Assembly: GCA_039802265.1 (NCBI GenBank)
Contig: JBDRWI010000064.1
Coordinates: forward strand, 1 to 12,311
Direction: 5' to 3'
DNA: 12,311 bases
Source: a candidate division WOR-3 bacterium
GTDB lineage: Bacteria; Hydrothermota; Tepidihabitantia; SM23-42; JAOAFX01
The number at the start of each line of letters is the position of its first letter. Position 1 is the first letter of the stretch. A model generated the notes under the pieces. The model worked only from the letters and a program-made list of their open reading frames with translations, did not search any database and had not been told where the DNA came from. This document shows positions 7,208-12,311 of the stretch, piece after piece. The translations under genes and the position numbers were made by a program.

Positions 7208-9499
7208 TCATTTCATCAATATCACCTTCTCAGTCTGCTCAAAATCTCCACTCTGGAATTTGACAAAATAGATTCCAGCAGAAACCTTACGACCAGAATT
7301 GTCGTCACCATTCCAGCTCACCTGGTTAAATGGTTGAATTGTTAAATTGTTAAATTGTTTTACCAACCTGCCGGTGGCATCGTAAATACAAATAGTAGGC
7401 ACTCTGTTATTTGGTGCATAGTCCTTACTGCTTAGTGCATACTGAATCACAAGGTGATTCTGAAATGGATTGGGATAGACCCGAAGTGTAGGATTTTGAA
7501 GTTCTGATTTCGGGCTTGCGGTCTCGGTGATGCCATAACCCCAGCCGAGGTTCTGGACCATAAAGTTAAGAACATAAAATCCACCAGAGTCAGCAATAGC
7601 GTGATAGATATAAGGACTATATTCATAATAGTACTGCCAGAAGTTTAGTGTATCTGGCAGATAACCCATTGTTGCTTCAATCATCAATTCCTGACCGACT
7701 TTGAATTGATGGGTCATCTCAGCACCAATCGCAGCAGCCACTTGAAATGAAAAAGATGGGCCCCCAGGAATCTGGCCTGATAACTTGCCAACCAGATTGC
7801 CTTTTGAGTATAAAACATCCTCATGAACTTGGGTCTGGGCAAGATAGATATACCAGCCACCCTGGACGCCCTGGGTGATAGAATAGATGGGATGGTTCAC
7901 AAAGAGAAGTTCCTCGGGTGGTATTGGATAACCATTGGGGTAAACATAACCCTGGGGATAGGTTGTCACATCTCCGGGTTGTTGAATTGGAAGCAATAAT
8001 CCCTTTGGCAGATAGTCAATTGTATCTGCATAAGTGAGATAATTTTCAAGTGTCATGGGCATATTCCCTGATGCGATTGGTACCGCCATATTAATTGTAT
8101 CTTGATGCAGTGTGTCACCTAACAGATTTCTCGGGTCTAAGATTTTATAGAAGAAGCCATTGTAGTAAGTCCGCGCGGCAATGACAATATTGTGGGGATA
8201 GTTGCTTGATATCTCATACCACGAACCCCAAGCAAAGGTCTGACTCTCTTTTAGATTTCGTTTGACTCCAGCCTCAATTGAAGCCTGAATGTTTGCCTCA
8301 AAAAGACCGCCCGGGAATTTTACACCATAGCCCATCGTAGTCTGGGCGGTGATCGCAATTGTAGCATTTAAATTTTGACTCTGCTGATACTCCTCTCCAT
8401 ATCTAATTGTACATTCACCCTCAATTATGCCATTATGATAGGGAGGGAGAGAAAGCACCAAACTTGGCCAGAGTTCAGAGGAACATAGATATGGGCCACC
8501 TGTAAAAACTACCTGGGCATTGTCACCATCCCAGTCCGGGGCAGCAATTCTAAATGCATTCTGCGTGGCACTGAGGTTGAATGTTCCCTCTAATCCATCA
8601 TAATTGAAGACATCAACCTTTTCGTCATCCCTTAAAACTATGACTTCTTCGTATCTGTCGGTATCCTTGTTGCCGCACACGATGTCTATGTCTCCACGAT
8701 GCCCAATATCGATTGTTTTTATCTCATAGAATGTGCTGTCATCAATATTGTACTCATAAAAATGGAGGGCATCGGTCCAGGGCCAGCCGTTTGTCTCAAG
8801 AATGACGAGTTCATCTTGAATATCATCCCTTAAATTGCCAGCAGAGAGCGCTATGTAAGAGCCGCGCTCCTTCGGATTCAAGGAGGTGGGGAAGGACTTT
8901 TCCTTTCCGGTTTCTTCAATTAAAACTATGTTCAAATTTGACTTTCCTGAAGTGAGGTAAATAACCTCATCGTATTTATCCTTATCAATATCACCGCAGC
9001 AGATATCGTAAATACCAGTTGAGATATAGACCGCCTTTAATCGGGTAATAGAGGATGTTGTCCACTTCCACCAGAAGATACTATCCGCGGATGCGGTAAT
9101 AATTTCATATCCGGCATGGATTGAATCGTCAAAGTAATCACCAGATGTTACATACTCCATACCCGACCGGTTCAGATTAAAATTCTGCCCCTGCCACGAA
9201 GAACCATTCCACCAGCGCACATAAACTGAGTTTGAATAGACACCTATGACTTCATCATAACCTGAATGGTTAAGGTCGCCACTGGCGACATCGTAAGGAA
9301 CTGCAGATAAACTCCAAGAAGTTTTATAAGAATTGGATTCCGGCTCATAGATGTCAAAGTAACCAGTCCCGGTATTATCAATTACAACTACTTCCTCATT
9401 GCTGATGAGCCTGAAGCGTTCGCCCAAGGGTTTTGCACCAAAAATAAGAATGGTTGGTACTAATATTGTTATTAGTAATAATAATTTTTTATTCTCCAT
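7208..9499 (-). CDS. Secreted FG-GAP/VCBS-repeat beta-propeller protein with an uncharacterised beta-rich domain (two amphipathic hairpins) and T9SS/FlgD-Ig C-terminal domain, 763 aa
   Basis: Start reassigned to ATG 9499: SD AAGGAG at 9505-9510 and signal peptide MENKKLLLLITILVPTILIFG. Repeats GDLNHSGYDEVI, GDYFDD..YEII, GDIDKDKYDEVI, GNLRDDIQDELV, GNKDTDRYEEVI, PDWDGD. C-terminal YPNPF..IYDATGRLVK..WNGDDNSGRKVSAGIYF..KVILMK. Confidence 0.88.
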   Translation of the reverse strand: MENKKLLLLITILVPTILIFGAKPLGERFRLISNEEVVVIDNTGTGYFDIYEPESNSYKTSWSLSAVPYDVASGDLNHSGYDEVIGVYSNSVYVRWWNGSSWQGQNFNLNRSGMEYVTSGDYFDDSIHAGYEIITASADSIFWWKWTTSSITRLKAVYISTGIYDICCGDIDKDKYDEVIYLTSGKSNLNIVLIEETGKEKSFPTSLNPKERGSYIALSAGNLRDDIQDELVILETNGWPWTDALHFYEYNIDDSTFYEIKTIDIGHRGDIDIVCGNKDTDRYEEVIVLRDDEKVDVFNYDGLEGTFNLSATQNAFRIAAPDWDGDNAQVVFTGGPYLCSSELWPSLVLSLPPYHNGIIEGECTIRYGEEYQQSQNLNATIAITAQTTMGYGVKFPGGLFEANIQASIEAGVKRNLKESQTFAWGSWYEISSNYPHNIVIAARTYYNGFFYKILDPRNLLGDTLHQDTINMAVPIASGNMPMTLENYLTYADTIDYLPKGLLLPIQQPGDVTTYPQGYVYPNGYPIPPEELLFVNHPIYSITQGVQGGWYIYLAQTQVHEDVLYSKGNLVGKLSGQIPGGPSFSFQVAAAIGAEMTHQFKVGQELMIEATMGYLPDTLNFWQYYYEYSPYIYHAIADSGGFYVLNFMVQNLGWGYGITETASPKSELQNPTLRVYPNPFQNHLVIQYALSSKDYAPNNRVPTICIYDATGRLVKQFNNLTIQPFNQVSWNGDDNSGRKVSAGIYFVKFQSGDFEQTEKVILMK
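7323..7362. repeat. five 8-nt tandem repeats inside the propeller protein C-terminal domain
   Basis: tggttaaa tggttgaa ttgttaaa ttgttaaa ttgtttta. Confidence 0.8.
7415..7442. repeat. four degenerate 7-nt tandem repeats inside the propeller protein C-terminal domain
   Basis: tgcatag tccttac tgcttag tgcatac, same unit as 5382-5409. Confidence 0.7.
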
Positions 9500-9524
9500 A
9501 ACTACTCCTTTTAAATGGTATATA

Positions 9525-9540
9525 TGCAAAAACTGTGCCC
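9525..9540 (-). promoter_or_regulatory. sigma-54 (RpoN) -24/-12 promoter for the propeller gene
   Basis: Minus strand GGGCACAGTTTTTGCA = GG(9539-9538)-N10-GC(9527-9526), matching TGGCAC-N5-TTGCW at all but the first base. Predicted +1 near 9514, just upstream of the SD. A sigma-54 activator gene is adjacent. Confidence 0.85.
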
Positions 9541-9624
9541 AAATTTTCAAAAATTACCCAAAAAACTGATGAAATTTCATAAGATTTTTAATAACCATTC
9601 TGGGATTTTAAATCTATAAAAATA

Positions 9625-9707
9625 TGGTAACTTTTTCCCCATTTTTTTGGTATTTTTTGAAAATCTTCTGATTTTTCAACAAATTTTACTGGTAAAATTT
9701 CCCCCAT
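9625..9707. promoter_or_regulatory. two candidate upstream activator (enhancer) sites
   Basis: TGGTAACTTTTTCCCCAT (9625-9642) and TGGTAAAATTTCCCCCAT (9690-9707): 15/18 identical, weakly palindromic, centred about 120 and 185 bp upstream of the predicted sigma-54 start. Confidence 0.55.
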
Positions 9708-9756
9708 CACCTATTATTTTAACTCTTTGTCTCGGGTCGGTGAGTGCAACTGCCTA

Positions 9757-9784
9757 TTGATTTTCAAATAAAATATTATAAAAT
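9757..9784 (+). promoter_or_regulatory. sigma70-type promoter of the activator gene, probably leaderless
   Basis: TTGATT(9757-9762)-N16-TAAAAT(9779-9784)-N6-ATG(9791); no SD. Confidence 0.5.
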
Positions 9785-9790
9785 AACTTG

Positions 9791-11827
9791 ATGAAAGAAT
9801 TGAGAAAACCAAAAGCAAGGGGATTGTCAAAAAAATTGCCAGAGAAGATTACCACAATGGATTATTTCAGTCTTCAACAAGAAATAATGTATTTTCACAC
9901 TCTCTTGGATATTATTTATTCGCTCAACAATATCCATGAATATGAGCGACTTCTTGAATTTATTTTGGAAAAAAGTATTTCGCTTGTAAAAGGAGATAGG
10001 GGATTATTGATGCTTTATGACGAGACAGGACAGTTAGAGTTGAAGGGTTTGAAGAATATGAAAGAAGCGGATCTTAACACCGATGATTTTTATTTTTCCA
10101 AAGATATTATAAATCAAGTGCTTTCTTCGGGAAAGCCCTATTTTATGAGGAACATCTCGCATAAAAGGGGCCAAACGCTTAGTGATTCCCTTAATTCTAT
10201 ACCGAAGATGGTTGTTTGCCTTCCGTTTTCTATCAAGAATAGGACACTGGGAGTGATATATGTTGATGCTTATTCAGCAAGAGAAATTACCAATCTTGAA
10301 GAGAACATATTAAAGGTCTTTACTGCCCAGGCAGGGATTGCGATTGAGAGTTGTCGTTTGTATGAAGTAAATATTCGTGACCCGCTCACTGGACTTTATA
10401 ATTATTCTTACCTGCGCCTCAGATTGAACGAAGAGATTGCACGGACATTAAGATATAAAAAAGAATGTCTATCTTTCGTAATTTTTGACCTTGATGATTT
10501 CAAGGTGATAAACGATTCTTATGGGTATCAATTTGCCAATACCATACTTATGAAGATTGGAGAAGTGATAAAAAAGGCAATAAGGACTTCTGATATTCCA
10601 GTGCGTTTTGGAGGTGACTCATTTGCCATTCTGATGCCTGAGACTGATATTTTTGGTGCAAAATCTGTGGCACAGAGATTGCAATCCGAGATTGCCAAAA
10701 CTGAATTTAAACTTGGAAGTAAAACTGTTCCTGTAACCGCCACTTTCGGGGTTTCTACATTTCCTGCAGAGAGACTCAAGTGTGCTGAGAATATCCTTAT
10801 TGAGGCAGAGAGTGTATTAAATATGGCACGCAAAAAAGGGCGCAATAATATTGTTTGTTTTGGTGGTGAGGTAAAGGAGAAAGAAGAGGAACTCGAAATA
10901 GTGGGGAGGTCAAAGGCAATCCAGGAGATAAAGAGATTGATAAACCGAATCGCCAGGACCGATACCACAGTCTTGATACTTGGTGAAACCGGTACCGGAA
11001 AAGAACTGGTTGCTCAACTCATTCATAAAAAAAGCTTGAGGCGGGATAAACCCTTGGTGGTGATCAACTGCGGGGCAATACCCGAAACACTATTAGAAAG
11101 TGAACTATTTGGTTATGAGAAGGGGGCGTTCACCGGTGCTTATACAAGACATATCGGGAAGTTTGAATCCGCACAGGGAGGGACATTATTTCTTGATGAG
11201 ATCGGAGATCTTTCCTTGGGTCTTCAGGTAAAGATTTTACGGGCGATAGAGCATAAAGAGGTTGACCGGTTGGGTTCCCGATTCCCAATAAAGGTGGATG
11301 TGAGGGTTATTGCATCCTCTAACAAAGACCTATTAGAAGCTATAAAGAACGGTACCTTTCGTGAGGATTTGTATTATCGTCTTAGTGTCGCTACAATCTA
11401 TATACCTCCATTGAGGGAAAGAATGGAAGATATTGAACCACTCAGTCGTTATTACCTTAATTCACTCAGTAAAAAGTATAGTCGCGCATTTAGAGGATTT
11501 ACAAAAGAGGCGATGGAGGCGATGCATCATTACCGGTGGCCCGGTAATATTCGCGAACTCATTCATCGCATTGAAAGGGCAGTAGTAATGAGCACCAATC
11601 AATATCTTACGGTTAGTGACCTTGGGCTTGAGGATGTTATACCCAAGAAAGTTATGGGACTAAAAGAGGCAAGGAATGAAGCCGAGAAGATAACATTGAC
11701 TGAAGCCCTCAATCGAAACAGATGGAACATCACCAAATCGGCACAGGAGCTTGGTATCAGTCGCAAAACCCTACGGGATTTAATTAAAAAACACGGCATT
11801 GCCAGGTCAGTTAAGATAACAAATTAA
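9791..11827 (+). CDS. sigma-54-dependent enhancer-binding protein: GAF, degenerate GGDEF, AAA+, Fis-type HTH
   Basis: GAF (GDRGLLMLYD..VVCLPF..LGVIYVD); GGDEF (RDPLTGLYN..DLDDFKVIND..RTSDIPVRFGGDSF..TATFGV); AAA+ GETGTGKE, ESELFGYEKGAFTGA, LFLDEIGD, FREDLYYRL, WPGNIREL; HTH NITKSAQELGISRKTL. ATG 9791 is preferred over TTG 9788. Confidence 0.93.
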   Translation: MKELRKPKARGLSKKLPEKITTMDYFSLQQEIMYFHTLLDIIYSLNNIHEYERLLEFILEKSISLVKGDRGLLMLYDETGQLELKGLKNMKEADLNTDDFYFSKDIINQVLSSGKPYFMRNISHKRGQTLSDSLNSIPKMVVCLPFSIKNRTLGVIYVDAYSAREITNLEENILKVFTAQAGIAIESCRLYEVNIRDPLTGLYNYSYLRLRLNEEIARTLRYKKECLSFVIFDLDDFKVINDSYGYQFANTILMKIGEVIKKAIRTSDIPVRFGGDSFAILMPETDIFGAKSVAQRLQSEIAKTEFKLGSKTVPVTATFGVSTFPAERLKCAENILIEAESVLNMARKKGRNNIVCFGGEVKEKEEELEIVGRSKAIQEIKRLINRIARTDTTVLILGETGTGKELVAQLIHKKSLRRDKPLVVINCGAIPETLLESELFGYEKGAFTGAYTRHIGKFESAQGGTLFLDEIGDLSLGLQVKILRAIEHKEVDRLGSRFPIKVDVRVIASSNKDLLEAIKNGTFREDLYYRLSVATIYIPPLRERMEDIEPLSRYYLNSLSKKYSRAFRGFTKEAMEAMHHYRWPGNIRELIHRIERAVVMSTNQYLTVSDLGLEDVIPKKVMGLKEARNEAEKITLTEALNRNRWNITKSAQELGISRKTLRDLIKKHGIARSVKITN

Positions 11828-11849
11828 AAGTAGTTCTCCGCTCTCATTG

Positions 11850-11877
11850 TTGACATCTCACTAAATTTTGTTAAAAT
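11850..11877 (+). promoter_or_regulatory. sigma70 promoter of parA with extended -10, probably leaderless
   Basis: TTGACA(11850-11855)-N16-TAAAAT(11872-11877), the -10 preceded by TGn; ATG follows after 5 nt at 11883; no SD. Confidence 0.75.
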
Positions 11878-11882
11878 ATAGA

Positions 11883-12311
11883 ATGCGAAAGATTGCAATC
11901 TGCAATCAGAAAGGCGGGGTTGGTAAAACTGCCACAGCAGTTAATCTGACCGCGGGGATTTCACTTGCTGAGAGAAGAGTTCTGCTCGTTGATTTTGATC
12001 CCCAGTCCAATGCCACAAGTGGCATTGGAATTGACTACAAACAATTGAAGTTATCGGTATATGATTGTCTTTTTGAACCACAATTAATCAAGGAGGCTAT
12101 AATCAGGACAAAATACCCATACTTATCAATTCTTCCTTCAACCCCGGATTTGGTTGGTGCTGAGATTGAATTGGTTGATAAAGAAAAAAGGGAACAAAAA
12201 TTAAAGAATGTCCTTGATGTTGTAAATAATGAATATGACTATTGTATTATTGATTGTCCGCCATCGCTTGGACTTTTGACGCTGAATGCCCTCGTCGCCA
12301 GTGATGGTGTG
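11883..12311 (+). CDS. parA: ParA/Soj chromosome partitioning ATPase; 3' end lies outside the window
   Basis: Not in the ORF track; translated by hand: MRKIAICNQKGGVGKTATAVNL..VLLVDFDPQSNATSGIG..ILPSTPDLVGAEIEL..YDYCIIDCPPSLGLLTLNALVASDGV (deviant Walker A, A' and B motifs). Confidence 0.95.
   Translation, partial: MRKIAICNQKGGVGKTATAVNLTAGISLAERRVLLVDFDPQSNATSGIGIDYKQLKLSVYDCLFEPQLIKEAIIRTKYPYLSILPSTPDLVGAEIELVDKEKREQKLKNVLDVVNNEYDYCIIDCPPSLGLLTLNALVASDGV

Noticed and set aside
5945..7345. Small ORFs 5945-6127, 6866-7051, 7127-7345
   Set aside because: They overlap the C11 or propeller genes. The last starts inside the hairpin arm and runs antisense to the propeller C-terminus.
7395..7420. 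Third GTAG REP-like element (gtaggcac..gtgc) in the propeller C-terminal domain
   Set aside because: It has only a 4-bp core stem with an 11-nt loop and does not fit the 23-nt layout, so chance cannot be excluded.
9500..9550. TTG start at 9550 for the propeller gene, as given in the ORF track
   Set aside because: The extension overlaps the sigma-54 promoter and the SD. ATG 9499 has an AAGGAG site and begins a clean signal peptide.
10583..10624. Calling the activator an active diguanylate cyclase
   Set aside because: The GGDSF signature and loss of the GHxxGD His and Asp argue against catalysis, although this is untested.
10528..11799. Minus-strand ORFs 10528-10968 and 11599-11799
   Set aside because: They are antisense shadows of the sigma-54 activator gene.

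Overview
AT-rich bacterial chromosome segment. The FlgD-Ig/T9SS-type C-terminal domains and protein style suggest an FCB-related lineage such as WOR-3 (inference only). Two housekeeping-type genes are cut by the window edges: a beta-CASP MBL-fold nuclease (<1..1061, -) and parA/soj (11883..>12311, +). Between them, three minus-strand secreted proteins each end in a T9SS type-A-like sorting domain: an FG-GAP beta-propeller protein with two amphipathic beta-hairpins (7208..9499), a clostripain-family C11 protease (5175..7109) and a gingipain-family C25 protease (1233..5030). Divergent from them is a GAF-GGDEF(degenerate)-AAA+-HTH sigma-54 activator (9791..11827). A near-consensus sigma-54 -24/-12 promoter and two candidate enhancer sites point at the propeller gene. 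The main hypothesis is a sigma-54-controlled, possibly c-di-GMP-responsive unit encoding a secreted beta-pore-forming-like protein and its activating protease. Also notable: 7- and 8-nt tandem repeats and a REP-like element at equivalent loops of the sorting domains, a 47/50-nt block shared by two of them, and leaderless-type promoters on three genes.
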